From an uncultured Steroidobacteraceae bacterium (GTDB lineage: Bacteria > Chloroflexota > Limnocylindria > QHBO01), in assembly GCA_964449915.1 (NCBI GenBank), contig CAYVCE010000171.1:1-54995 (forward strand): a DNA stretch of 54,995 nucleotides. Direction: 5' to 3'. Position numbers and translations under genes: made by a program. The notes below the pieces were generated by a model, which was given only the letters and a program-made list of their open reading frames with translations, was not told the origin of the DNA and did not search any database. This document shows positions 39,731 through 49,165 of the stretch, in pieces (position 1 is the stretch's first letter; every line of letters starts with the position of its first letter).

Positions 39731-40998
39731 GGATAGAGTCCGCGGAGGGTCGTTGATTCGGCCACGCGCGAGACGGCGACCATCATCGCCGCGGCCCGCA
39801 GGTCGACGTGCTCCGCGTCGGCCATGGCCTGCACCTCGGCCATGCCGGCGTCGACGATGCGGTCGAGCTGGCCGGTGATCTCCGCATCGGTCCAGAAGAA
39901 GGCCTGCATGTCCTGCACCCACTCGAAGTAGCCGAGCACGGTGCCGCCCGCCGTGCAGATGATGTCCGGGACGACCACGATCCCGCGGTCGGCGAGGGCG
40001 AGGTCGGCAGCCGGCGTGGTGCCGCCGTTCGCGACCTCCGCCACGAGAGGCGCGCGGATGGAGGGTGCATTCGCCTCGTTGATCTCGCCCTGCAGGCCGG
40101 CGAGGGCCAGGATGTCGGCCTCCATGGCGAACAGCTCGTCACGCGTCAGTGGATCGGCGTCCGGCAGGCCGCGGATGGCGTCGTGCTCGCGCATCCACTC
40201 CACCGCCCGCGCGACGTCGATGCCCCGGGGATTCGATGTCGCGTCGCGGTCGTCGGCCAGGCCGATGATCGTGGCCCCGGCCGCGCCAAGCTCCTCGGCC
40301 AGCGTCATGCCGACGCGCCCGAAGCCCTGGATCACGACGCGGGCGCCGGCCAGGTCGCGCCCCTTCGCCCTCGATGCCGCGGCGATGCAGCGCAGGGCAC
40401 CTCGGGCCGTGGCGCTGCGCCGCCCCTCGGTGCCGCCCACCGCCACCGGTTTGCCGATGACCGATGCCGCCACGGTGTGGCCGCGGTGCATCGAGATGGT
40501 GTCCATCATCCAGGCCATCGTCTGCGAGCCGGTGTTGACGTCGGGCGACGGGATGTCGATGCCGGGGCCGATGAGCGGACTGATCTCGGTCGCGTAGCGG
40601 CGCGTCAGGCCCTGGCGCTCCTGCTCCGACAGCCGCCGCGGGTTGACACGCACGCCGCCGGCCGCGCCGCCGAAGGGGATGCGCACGAGCGCAGCCTTCC
40701 AGGTGTTCAGCATCGCCAGGGCGCGGACCTCGTCGAGGTCGAGACGCGGGACGTAGCGGATGCCGCCCGATGCCGGGCCGCGATTCACGTTGTGGTGGAC
40801 GCGGAAGCCGGTGTAGACCTCGACGTGACCGTCATCGTGGGTAACGGGGAAGTTCACCGTCAGCTCGCGTTTCGGCACGCGCAGCACCCTGTGCATGCCG
40901 GGGTCGAGGTGGAGCCGCTCGGCGGCCGCGTCGAGCTCGCCCTGCGTGGTGGCCCAGATCCCGTTCGGCGCGCGGGCACTCGGCTTGGAGGATGCCAT
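39727..40998 (-). CDS. gdh: Glu/Leu/Phe/Val dehydrogenase (glutamate dehydrogenase)
   Basis: GPASGGIRY, KAALVRIPFGGAAGGV (catalytic Lys region), VIQGFGRVG Rossmann motif. ATG at 40998. Confidence 0.88.
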   Translation of the reverse strand: MASSKPSARAPNGIWATTQGELDAAAERLHLDPGMHRVLRVPKRELTVNFPVTHDDGHVEVYTGFRVHHNVNRGPASGGIRYVPRLDLDEVRALAMLNTWKAALVRIPFGGAAGGVRVNPRRLSEQERQGLTRRYATEISPLIGPGIDIPSPDVNTGSQTMAWMMDTISMHRGHTVAASVIGKPVAVGGTEGRRSATARGALRCIAAASRAKGRDLAGARVVIQGFGRVGMTLAEELGAAGATIIGLADDRDATSNPRGIDVARAVEWMREHDAIRGLPDADPLTRDELFAMEADILALAGLQGEINEANAPSIRAPLVAEVANGGTTPAADLALADRGIVVVPDIICTAGGTVLGYFEWVQDMQAFFWTDAEITGQLDRIVDAGMAEVQAMADAEHVDLRAAAMMVAVSRVAESTTLRGLYP

Positions 40999-41124
40999 CG
41001 CCCCTAGGCTAGCGCGCCGAACACCCACCGGGATGGCAAGATGGGCGTCCACATCCAAGCCGATGCGCCGACGGACCAGCGACGAACCGATCGGCGTGTC
41101 ACCGCAACCCGAGGAGGACCGCCG

Positions 41125-42063
41125 ATGGCGCCGCGCGTCATGACCGTCTCCGGACCGATCCCACCCGACAGGCTGGGCTTCACGCTCCCCCACGAGCACA
41201 CCGCAATCAGCCTGTGGCACCTCGCCAACCGGTGGGACTACTGGGAGCTCACCGCCGAGGACGAGCTCATCATCGAAGAGCTGCGCGACTACCGCCGGCG
41301 CGGCGGCGGCACGCTGGTCGACGTCACCCTGCCGGGCGTCGGCCGCGATCCCGATCGGCTGCGTCGCCTGGCGAGCTCAACGGGCCTGAACATCGTGATG
41401 GGCACCGGCTGGTATCGGGAGGCGCACTACCCGCCCGAGGCGCGCATCGATCGGCGCAGCGTCGACGACCTGGCGAGCGAGATGGTTCGCGAGCTCGAGC
41501 ACGGCGTCGGCGAGCGCGGGATCCGCCCGGGGATCATCGGCGAGATCGGAACGGACAAGCCCTGGGTCAGTGCGCAGGAAGAGCGCGTGCATCGCGCAGC
41601 CGCGCGGGCCGCGGTGCAGACCGGCATGGCCATCACCACCCACGGCGTGCAGTCGGCCGTCGGCATGGCCCAGCTGGGCATCTTCACCGCGGAGGGCGTC
41701 GACCCTGCGCGCGTCGTCATCGGTCATGCCGACTCTCACCATGACCTCGACTTCTACCTCGCGGTGCTCGACGCCGGGGCCAACCTGCAGTTCGACTTCC
41801 TGGGCCATCGCTTCGGCGTGGAGGAGTCCCTGGAGCCTCGGCTGGTGGAGACGATCGTCGAGCTGCTGGAGCGCGGGTTCGGTCCGCAGCTGCTGCTCAG
41901 CCAGGACGTGTGCCACAACCGCCAGCTCAAGGCCAACGGCGGCTTCGGCTACGTCTACCTCCATCAGCACTTCCTGCCCACCCTGCGCACCGCGGCTGTG
42001 GGCGAAGGCGAGATCCGGCAGATGACGATCGACAACCCGGCCAGGATCCTGGCGATCCCGTAG
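41125..42063 (+). CDS. phosphotriesterase-family (PTE/PHP, amidohydrolase superfamily) protein
   Basis: GFTLPHEHT metal-binding HxH, IIGEIGT, ITTHG, VIGHAD. ATG at 41125 after GAGGAGGA. Confidence 0.85.
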   Translation: MAPRVMTVSGPIPPDRLGFTLPHEHTAISLWHLANRWDYWELTAEDELIIEELRDYRRRGGGTLVDVTLPGVGRDPDRLRRLASSTGLNIVMGTGWYREAHYPPEARIDRRSVDDLASEMVRELEHGVGERGIRPGIIGEIGTDKPWVSAQEERVHRAAARAAVQTGMAITTHGVQSAVGMAQLGIFTAEGVDPARVVIGHADSHHDLDFYLAVLDAGANLQFDFLGHRFGVEESLEPRLVETIVELLERGFGPQLLLSQDVCHNRQLKANGGFGYVYLHQHFLPTLRTAAVGEGEIRQMTIDNPARILAIP

Positions 42064-42273
42064 GAGCTCGGATGTGGGTCATCCGCCGGTCGCCGCATGC
42101 TGCCGCGGCGTGTATCGGCCACATCCTGGCCGAATATGCCCGCCGTGCGTGTGGCAGCCGGGCTGCCGGCCTGATCCTGGCCGACTCATCTCTGGGGTGC
42201 ATGCGCCAGGCAATGAGTGGCCGATGCACGCGCCGACCGCATAGCCGGGCGTGGCGACGCCAGGAGCGGGCCG

Positions 42274-43314
42274 ATGACTGACCCCCGTGACCCCGTCGCC
42301 GACCTGAAGCGGATCGGGTTTCTGCTCGAGGCGGCGCAGGAGCCGGGCTACCGCGTGCGTGCCTTCCGGAGCGCGGCCGCCACGCTCACAAGGCTCCCGC
42401 ACGACGAGCTCACCATCCGCGCCGCCAGCGGGACACTGCGCGAGCTGCCCGGCATCGGCGAGGTGACCGAGCGCACGATCCTTGAGAGCCTGCGCGGTGA
42501 AGAGCCGGTCTACCTGCGGCGTCTCGAGTCCACCGAGGGCCGGCCGCTGGCCGATGGCGCCGCAGAGCTGCGCGCTGCCCTGCGCGGCGACTGCCATGCC
42601 CACACCATCGCCTCCGACGGCGGCGCCAGCATCGGTGCGATGGCCGAGGCGGCCGTCGAGCTCGGCCACGAGTACCTCGTCATCACCGACCACTCCCCGC
42701 GGCTGACGGTCGCCAACGGGCTCACCACCGACCGGCTGCTGGCGCAGCTCGCCGAGATCGCGGCGCTCAACGCCGAGCTTGCCCCCTTTCGCCTGCTGAC
42801 CGGGATCGAGGTCGACATCAACGAGGACGGCACGCTGGACCAGGAGCCCGAGGTCCTCGCCGGCCTGGACGTGGTGGTCGGCAGCGTCCACTCGGCCCTG
42901 CGCTCGGACGAGCGGGCCATGACGGTGCGCATGGTGACCGCACTTGCCAACCCGAACCTCGACATCCTCGGCCACTGCACCGGGCGCATGAAGACCGGCC
43001 GCCGCGCGCGGCCGGAATCGGCGTTCGACGCCGACATCGTGTTCGCCGCCGCGGCGCGCTTCGACAAGGCGGTGGAGATCAACGCACGCCCCGAGCGGCT
43101 CGATCCGCCGAAGCGCCTGCTCCGGCTGGCGGTGGAGGCTGGCTGCCGGGTGGCCATCGACTCCGACGCGCACAGTGAGGGTCAGCTGTTCTGGCAGGGG
43201 AACGGCTGCGAGCGTGCCTTCCTGTGCGGCGTCACCGTCCCGATGGTCGTGAACGCCCTCGACGTCGACGGCCTCCTCGCCTGGACCGCATCCCACACCA
43301 GCCCGGGACGGTGA
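42274..43314 (+). CDS. PHP-domain phosphoesterase with an N-terminal PolX-like HhH module
   Basis: N-terminus AFRSAAATLTRL...LRELPGIGEVT (HhH). PHP motifs GDCHAHT, LVITDHS, GIEVD, GSVHS, ILGHC, IDSDAH. Too short to contain a polymerase palm domain. Confidence 0.8.
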   Translation: MTDPRDPVADLKRIGFLLEAAQEPGYRVRAFRSAAATLTRLPHDELTIRAASGTLRELPGIGEVTERTILESLRGEEPVYLRRLESTEGRPLADGAAELRAALRGDCHAHTIASDGGASIGAMAEAAVELGHEYLVITDHSPRLTVANGLTTDRLLAQLAEIAALNAELAPFRLLTGIEVDINEDGTLDQEPEVLAGLDVVVGSVHSALRSDERAMTVRMVTALANPNLDILGHCTGRMKTGRRARPESAFDADIVFAAAARFDKAVEINARPERLDPPKRLLRLAVEAGCRVAIDSDAHSEGQLFWQGNGCERAFLCGVTVPMVVNALDVDGLLAWTASHTSPGR

Positions 43315-43388
43315 TGGCGCGAGTCCTGCATGGGTGTCGCGGCGGCGCCATACTTGCCGCCCCATCAACCAAAGGAGGAACGAGCCCC

Positions 43389-43592
43389 ATGTCCGTCGCC
43401 AAGGTGACCGAGCTTTCCTGCACCTCGAATGACAGCTTCGAGGACGCCGTCCGCCAGGGCATCGCCCGCGCCAGCAAGACGCTCCGCGGCGTGCGCAGCG
43501 CGTGGGTCAAGGAACAGCGGGTGAACGTCGGCCAGGATGGGACGGTCGAGTTCCAGGCCAACATCCTGGTGACCTTCATCCTCGAGGGCTGA
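43389..43592 (+). CDS. dodecin-family flavin-binding protein
   Basis: 67 aa. VAKVTELSCTSNDSFEDAVRQGIARASKTLRGVRSAWVKEQ fits the dodecin pattern. AAAGGAGGA SD upstream. Confidence 0.75.
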   Translation: MSVAKVTELSCTSNDSFEDAVRQGIARASKTLRGVRSAWVKEQRVNVGQDGTVEFQANILVTFILEG

Positions 43593-43611
43593 GCTCGCGC
43601 GGGGACCGATG

Positions 43612-43631
43612 CCGCCGCCCGCCGGCGGCGG
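43612..43631. terminator. GC hairpin between convergent genes (candidate bidirectional terminator)
   Basis: CCGCCGCC cgcc GGCGGCGG: an 8-bp stem between the stops at 43592 and 43634. No U-tract. Confidence 0.3.
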
Positions 43632-43633
43632 GA

Positions 43634-44452
43634 CTACGACTCCTCGGCCAGGCCGATGCGCCCCTCAGAGCGCGTGAACCGCGCCCGATAGGTCGGATTG
43701 CTGACGCGCTGGCTGACCATGGCGGCGTCGAGCGGCTTCCCGCTCCGCGGCGGCGCATAGCGACCGCGCTCTGCGATGGCCTGTGCGAGCTCGGCTGCCC
43801 GCAGCGGGCCGCGCTCGGTGATCACCGCGATCATCTCGTCGTGGAGGCCGACGCGCGGGCTGCCGGGTGCCGCCGTCGCCGACGTGCGCGGCCGCCGGCG
43901 AGTCCGGGCCGGGGCCGCCTCGACCGCCGGGGTCTCGACGGCGGGGGATCCCGTCGCCTCCGCGTCGACGACGGGCGCCGCATCGGTGGCCGGTGCGCGA
44001 CCGGCGGTCGCCTCCAGGGCGGCGATGCGCGCCGTCAGCTCGTCGAGACGCGCCATGACCGGAGCTCCCGGGGCCGGAGCCTCGGCGCCGCCGTGGCGGG
44101 CGTCAATGCGCTCCTCCACCCATTGGCGGACCAGGTCGCCGGGTCGGATGCCGGCCTCGCCGGCGAGGTGCTTCAACGCGGTCGCGCGGCGGGGGTCGAG
44201 CCGGATCGACATGGCGCCCTCGTCGGGCGGGCGGTCGAAACGCGGGCGGGGCGTGAAGGGCCGGTCGCCGCCGCGCGGCTGATAGGGCCGGTCGCCGGCC
44301 CCGCCCTGGGGACGGTCGTGCGGCGTGAAGGGTCGGTCGCCGCCGCCCGCGTCGCGCGGCTGCCAGTCGCCTCGCCGCTGCGGCGGTCGGTCATGGCGGT
44401 CGCGATCGGGTCGATCGGGTCTGCGGCCTGGGCCGCGTCGGTTGAAACTCAT
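43634..44452 (-). CDS. repeat-rich putative nucleic-acid-binding protein: R/D/P repeats + RHH-like segment + C-terminal HARE-HTH-like winged helix
   Basis: N-terminal GGDRPFTP/GDRPYQP/GGDRPFTP repeats. MSIRLDPRRATALKHLAGEAGIRPGDLVRQWVEERI looks like a CopG-type RHH. The C-terminus HDEMIAVITERGPLRAAELAQAIAERG...RFTRSEGRIGL looks like a HARE-HTH. Confidence 0.55.
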   Translation of the reverse strand: MSFNRRGPGRRPDRPDRDRHDRPPQRRGDWQPRDAGGGDRPFTPHDRPQGGAGDRPYQPRGGDRPFTPRPRFDRPPDEGAMSIRLDPRRATALKHLAGEAGIRPGDLVRQWVEERIDARHGGAEAPAPGAPVMARLDELTARIAALEATAGRAPATDAAPVVDAEATGSPAVETPAVEAAPARTRRRPRTSATAAPGSPRVGLHDEMIAVITERGPLRAAELAQAIAERGRYAPPRSGKPLDAAMVSQRVSNPTYRARFTRSEGRIGLAEES

Positions 44453-44459
44453 CGTTTCA

Positions 44460-44465
44460 ATGATA
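44460..44465 (-). promoter_or_regulatory. candidate -10 box TATCAT giving a leaderless transcript
   Basis: On the minus strand, TATCAT is followed by 7 nt and then the ATG at 44452. It sits in a conspicuously AT-rich 42-nt gap. Confidence 0.3.
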
Positions 44466-44494
44466 GCCGCAAATTTAAACTCGCGCCAGGCGTG

Positions 44495-46219
44495 TTAAAA
44501 CGAGCCGGAGCCGCCGCCTCCCCCGGAGCTGCCTCCGCCCGAGAAGCCGCCGCCCGAGCTCGACGAGCTGGAGGGCGGCGTCGATCCCACGCTGCCGAGC
44601 GCGTCGAACATGCCGCCGATATCGGGGATCGCCGACCCGGAGAAGATGCTGCCCGATCCGTAGCTGACGCCACCGGCCATGTCTCCGGCGGATGCCGCCG
44701 ACCACGACGAACCCGGCGATGAGCCGAGCCACAGCGGGTAGTACGCGCCGGCCGGCGAGCCGGTCGCCTGGCGCTGGTCCTCGAGTCCGCGCGCCAGCAG
44801 GGAGGCGACCTCGTCGTGCAGGCCGAGCGCCATGCCCCACACGACGGCCTTGTCGGGAGTGTCGGCCAGCCGCGCGATCTCGGGCTGCTGGACGACCTCG
44901 CCGAAGGTGCGCGCCTGCTCCATCGTCTTCTGGAGCGTCCGCCGGTACGCCTTGAGCATGGCGTCGACGTAGGCACCCTGGGACGTGCGCTGGCTCATGG
45001 CGGTCCCGAAGCCGATGACCCCGACGCCGCCCAGCACGAGTGCGGCGCCGAACATCACGGCACCGCTCATCGGCACCGTGATGCCGACGAAGATGATCCC
45101 GCCACCGATCACGGCCAGCACCACGCCGACCGCGACCATGCGGGTGATCGATGGGCCGGGCATCCTCGCCAGCCACCCGACCTTGACGGCTGCCGCTTCG
45201 AGCTCGCGCTTCGACCTGCCGACGATCGAATTGACCGCCCACAGGCGATCGCGGGTCAGGCGTCCGGCGCCGCCCGCGTGCTCCCGGATGCGCTCCCATG
45301 CCGCACTCTCGGGGCCGGCCAGCTCGTCATCGTCGTGGTCACCGGCGTGGACCTCGATCGCCGGATCCGTGAGCGGGTCAGGATCGTCGTCGCTGCGCGC
45401 CGCGCTCACCTGGTCGAGGTTGTGGAAGCTCAGCCGCCCGGTCCGCGCCAGGTCGGCCAGGATCGTGTTCGTGCTGTGACCGGTGGCCGTGCCGTTGCGA
45501 ACGACGGTGGCGAGGGCCGGCGTCATCTCGGCGGGCGGGCCGGCCATGAGGATCGAGGGCGAGTCGGTCAGCTCGGGGTCGTCTCCCTCGCGTCGCCACT
45601 TCCACCACGCGCCGCCCAGCGTCGCCACCAGCGCCAGCGGCGCGCCGACCAGGCCGAGCGCGGCGTTCATCACGCGCAGGGTTTCGAGCCGGTCGCGTCC
45701 GCCGGCGTCCATGCGCTCGTCGAGCGCCTCGACCGTGCGCAGGACCGCCGCGTCGAAGTCGCCGGCGCGGGCCGACGGGACGAACGACTCGTCGATGATC
45801 TCGGTCAGCGCATCCTCGTTGGCGTACGCACCCAGGAAGCCGGCCCCGCCGAACAGGCTCACGCGGCTCTGGCCCGGATCCGGGTCGAGCGCCACCATCA
45901 GGACCAGGCCGTCATCGAAGCCGGACCGCCCGATGCCCCACTGGTCGATCAGCGCGCCGGCATTCGCGAGGTTCTCGTCCTCGCTGATGTCCGGGTCGTG
46001 CTGGGTGTACACCACGATCTCGGCTCCCGTCTCGGCCTCGATGGCGTCGATGCGCGTCTCGAGGGTTGCCTCGGTCTGGGCCGAGTACATGTCGGCCTCG
46101 TCGTAGACGGCCCGGCCGTCGACCGGATCCGGGAACGGCGGTCCGGCGCCCAGTGCGGCCGCGGCCGAGCAGGCCAGGATCGCCAGCGCGCTCGGGAGCG
46201 CGCGAGCCCATCGGTGCAT
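44495..46219 (-). CDS. TPM-domain + DUF2207-like membrane protein with a Gly/Ser-rich C-terminal tail
   Basis: Signal peptide. TPM-like [35 protein letters not shown]...[11 protein letters not shown] helices follow, then a tail [27 protein letters not shown] at 46219. Confidence 0.7.
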   Translation of the reverse strand: MHRWARALPSALAILACSAAAALGAGPPFPDPVDGRAVYDEADMYSAQTEATLETRIDAIEAETGAEIVVYTQHDPDISEDENLANAGALIDQWGIGRSGFDDGLVLMVALDPDPGQSRVSLFGGAGFLGAYANEDALTEIIDESFVPSARAGDFDAAVLRTVEALDERMDAGGRDRLETLRVMNAALGLVGAPLALVATLGGAWWKWRREGDDPELTDSPSILMAGPPAEMTPALATVVRNGTATGHSTNTILADLARTGRLSFHNLDQVSAARSDDDPDPLTDPAIEVHAGDHDDDELAGPESAAWERIREHAGGAGRLTRDRLWAVNSIVGRSKRELEAAAVKVGWLARMPGPSITRMVAVGVVLAVIGGGIIFVGITVPMSGAVMFGAALVLGGVGVIGFGTAMSQRTSQGAYVDAMLKAYRRTLQKTMEQARTFGEVVQQPEIARLADTPDKAVVWGMALGLHDEVASLLARGLEDQRQATGSPAGAYYPLWLGSSPGSSWSAASAGDMAGGVSYGSGSIFSGSAIPDIGGMFDALGSVGSTPPSSSSSSGGGFSGGGSSGGGGGSGSF

Positions 46220-46371
46220 GGCTCGAGCATACCGGTTGGCACTCATCTTGCGATCGTGGTTCACTGTCGGTGGAGCCCACCGTTCGATTCGGACCGATGC
46301 GTCCGCGCTCCACCTGCCGGCGCCACCAACCCCGCGCCGAGCAGCACCAATCCATTCGGAGTCTTCATATC

Positions 46372-46935
46372 GTGCAATTTCGTGTCGGGGCCGCAGCGGC
46401 CCTGCTGTTCGGCGCCGTCGTGACCTTCGCGGCCGGCGCCGGCGTGGCCGCCATGACCGCCGACCCACCATCCCCCGCGCGGCACCTGCGCGGCGTGCCG
46501 TCGGGCACGGACGCCATGGACCTGCCCCGCAGCATCGTTGCCGTGCGCGGCGGCATCCTCTCGGGCGCGCCGCCGCCCACCGGCGCACCGCCGCCCGCCA
46601 ACGAGGTGGTGGGGACCGCCAGCAACTACCCCGGCACTGCCGGCTGGATCGGGCAGGCCACCGTCGCGCTGCCGGGCGACCTCGGCGGCCGATACACCGG
46701 CGAGGTCATCGGCGTTGTCACCGTCTGCGCCGACCGATGCGTCCGCCTGCCGGTGGTCGACTGGTGCGACTGCTACTGGGGCACCCACGATCAGCGCGTG
46801 GTCGACCTGTCGCATGCCGCCTGGCTGCGGGTGAGCGATGCGCCGCTCGAGCAGGGCCTCATCGAGGTGACGCTGATCCTCGAGCCCCAGGAGTCCCAGC
46901 CCCAGGAGCCCAAGCCCCGGGAGCCCCAGCCCTAG
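46372..46935 (+). CDS. secreted RlpA-like double-psi beta-barrel protein
   Basis: GTG at 46372 after GGAG. Signal-like [39 protein letters not shown]...[19 protein letters not shown]...[10 protein letters not shown] resembles a DPBB domain. PQE-repeat tail. Confidence 0.55.
   Translation: MQFRVGAAAALLFGAVVTFAAGAGVAAMTADPPSPARHLRGVPSGTDAMDLPRSIVAVRGGILSGAPPPTGAPPPANEVVGTASNYPGTAGWIGQATVALPGDLGGRYTGEVIGVVTVCADRCVRLPVVDWCDCYWGTHDQRVVDLSHAAWLRVSDAPLEQGLIEVTLILEPQESQPQEPKPREPQP
46885..46929 (+). repeat. 3 x 15-nt tandem coding repeat (CCCCAGGAGTCCCAG-like; [15 protein letters not shown])
   Basis: Read directly at the 3' end of the DPBB gene. Confidence 0.7.
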
Positions 46936-47387
46936 GAGCAGGTCACGTCCACGGTGGCGGGCTCGACCTCGAGCCCGTGAATCGTCTCGGTCAGCTCGAC
47001 CGTGGTGCCACCGGTGATCTGCGACGTGACGGTGCCTCGCGCGCGAAGCGCGCGCCCGGCGTCGTCGAGGGCCACCAGCTGGCACTTCGCCCGCCCGGCC
47101 CGGGTCCCCTCGTTGGTGACGGCGTACGTGATCGCGTACCCGATCGGGTCGGCCGCGACCACGTCGCGCACCTCGGCCGCGTAGGGCCCCACGCCGCGCA
47201 GTGACAGGCTGGCGACCACCGCCAGCCCGGCGACGGCGAGCACGATGGCGGCAACCACGGTGCCGTGGTACTGGGAGGCGGACGGCGTCGCCATCCCGGC
47301 GCGGTTGCAGATCTCGCAGATGCTCTCGTCGGGGCCGATCCTGCGACCGCACTTGATGCAGCGGCGCGCGTCCGGGGCCGCCGTCAT
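46932..47387 (-). CDS. zinc-ribbon membrane protein
   Basis: [19 protein letters not shown] (CxxC...CxxC), one TM helix ([18 protein letters not shown]), then a beta-rich ectodomain. ATGA overlap with the upstream gene at 47384-47387. Confidence 0.6.
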   Translation of the reverse strand: MTAAPDARRCIKCGRRIGPDESICEICNRAGMATPSASQYHGTVVAAIVLAVAGLAVVASLSLRGVGPYAAEVRDVVAADPIGYAITYAVTNEGTRAGRAKCQLVALDDAGRALRARGTVTSQITGGTTVELTETIHGLEVEPATVDVTCS

Positions 47388-48040
47388 CGGTCGTGGCGAG
47401 CCGGCAGGCGCTCGCCCGCCAGGATCGGGACGGGCAGCCAGTTCTCCTGCGGCGCCAGCGGGCACGACCAGGCGGGGTCGTAGACGCACGACGGGTGATA
47501 GGCGTAGTTGAGGTCGAGGATCAGCTCGTCGCCTTCGGCACCGAGATCGGCGCCCTTGGCCGAGTCCCACAGGTAGCGGCCGCCGCCGTACGTCTCCTTG
47601 CCGCTCGTGGTGTCGCGGAACGGGATGAAGATGCCGCCGCCGTACTCGTTGAGCCAGAAGACGCTGAGGCGGCACGGGCTGCCGTCGACCGCGAACCGGA
47701 CCCAGCCGATGCGCTCGAACGGCATCTGCGGCCCGTCGCCGGAGCGCGGCACGTCGAGCGGCTGCGCGTCGGGATCGGGCTCGAGGCGCGCACGCACCGC
47801 GAGTGCCGGATCGTGTCTGAAGTAGGCGAGTCCGTGGAAGTCGCGCCGGTCGGCCTCCGGGATCGGCGACGCAGGATGCTCGGCGAAGAGACGGTCCTTG
47901 GCCGAGCGGAAGGCGACGGCGCGCATCGAGGGGGCTCGATCGTCGGCACGCAGGGCCAAGTACATGGCGGCCACCCGCCGGCGCCAGTCGGCCAGGGCAA
48001 GGTGGGAGGAGCGGGTCACTGTCATCGGCAGGGCCATCAT
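47384..48040 (-). CDS. DUF1684-domain protein
   Basis: YGGGRYLWD...LDLNYAYHPSCVYDPAWSCPLAPQENWLPVPILAGE matches the DUF1684 signature as I remember it. Confidence 0.7.
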   Translation of the reverse strand: MMALPMTVTRSSHLALADWRRRVAAMYLALRADDRAPSMRAVAFRSAKDRLFAEHPASPIPEADRRDFHGLAYFRHDPALAVRARLEPDPDAQPLDVPRSGDGPQMPFERIGWVRFAVDGSPCRLSVFWLNEYGGGIFIPFRDTTSGKETYGGGRYLWDSAKGADLGAEGDELILDLNYAYHPSCVYDPAWSCPLAPQENWLPVPILAGERLPARHDR

Positions 48041-48100
48041 GCACGACGAGGGGCGGACCGGCGAACCGGCCCGCCCCTCGGTGTCACGCCCGTACGTGGG

Positions 48101-49039
48101 TCAGACGAGGCCCTTGTCGGTGAGCCACTCTGCCGCCACTTCGGCCACGTCACGCTGGTCCACGGCCACCTGCACGCCGAGCGACGTGAGGTCCTCCGTG
48201 GTCATCTCCGCGCTGATCGCGTTCAGGATCTCGGCGAACCCGTCACCGAGCTCGTCGAGCTTCTCCTGGCTGATGATCGGCGCGATATTCTCGGCAGGCT
48301 GGGTCAACATGTCGTCCTCGAGGCGGACGAAGCCGAACCGCTCGATATCGGGCTGCGTGCTGCACAGCTCTGCGACGTCGACGACGCCGTCGTTCAGCGC
48401 CGTGGCGATCGGCGCGTCGCACGCGGCCAGCGGCTCGATCTCGAGGTCGGCGAACGGGATGCCGTACGACTCCTCGAGCGCACCCGCGCACAGCGGGTTC
48501 GTCTCGCACTCCGGCGGCAGGCCCCAGACGAGGTCGGTCGCCACGTCGGCGAGGTCGCTCATCGTGGCCAGGCCGAACTCATCGGCGGTCTCCGAGCGAA
48601 CGACGAATGCGTTCTGGTCCTGCGCCTCGGTGAAGTCGAGCGCCGTCAGGCCCTCGGCTTCGATGAGCTCGACCATCGCGGCGTACGTCTCGTCGGAGTC
48701 GCCACTTGCCTCCCCCTCGAGGAACGAGGTCAGGCTGCCGATGTACTCGGGCATCAGGTCGATCTGGCCACTGCTCAGCGCCGGCCAGGTTTCCTCGCGG
48801 GTGCCGATGGCGAGGTTGCGCTCGACCGTGTATCCAGCCGCTTCGAGTGCCTGTGCATAGATCTCGGCCATGAGCTGCGACTCGTAGAAGCCCTGCGAGC
48901 CGATCGTGACCGTGCCCCCGACGGCGGGCGCACTCGCGCTCGCCCCTGGGCTGGAGCTCCCGCCCTCTCCCGGCGCGCACGCGCTCATCACGAGCGCGAG
49001 CACCACCGCCCCGAGGGCGAGCGTGCGGTTCTTCCGCAT
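48101..49039 (-). CDS. glycine-betaine/osmoprotectant ABC transporter substrate-binding lipoprotein (OpuAC family)
   Basis: Lipobox LVMSACAP. GSQGFYESQLMAEIYAQALEAAGY and IDLMPEYIGSL. The ATG at 49039 is preceded by AAGGAGGA. Confidence 0.85.
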   Translation of the reverse strand: MRKNRTLALGAVVLALVMSACAPGEGGSSSPGASASAPAVGGTVTIGSQGFYESQLMAEIYAQALEAAGYTVERNLAIGTREETWPALSSGQIDLMPEYIGSLTSFLEGEASGDSDETYAAMVELIEAEGLTALDFTEAQDQNAFVVRSETADEFGLATMSDLADVATDLVWGLPPECETNPLCAGALEESYGIPFADLEIEPLAACDAPIATALNDGVVDVAELCSTQPDIERFGFVRLEDDMLTQPAENIAPIISQEKLDELGDGFAEILNAISAEMTTEDLTSLGVQVAVDQRDVAEVAAEWLTDKGLV

Positions 49040-49165
49040 TGGGTCCTCCTTGTAGTGGGACATTGCGCGGCCGCCACGCGATCGACGGCCGGGGGAGTCT
49101 ACCAGCGGGTAGCTGCCGGCTCCATGTCATGAATACGGCTCGCGGAACGAATCGGATCAGCGGGG

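Noticed and set aside
42064-42273. A 210-nt gap between the phosphotriesterase-family and PHP genes with several short hairpins (e.g. GGCAGCcggGCTGCC, GTGCAT...ATGCAC), considered as an sRNA or riboswitch
   Set aside because: The stems are short (5-6 bp) and expected by chance at this GC content. I recognised no known riboswitch core sequence.
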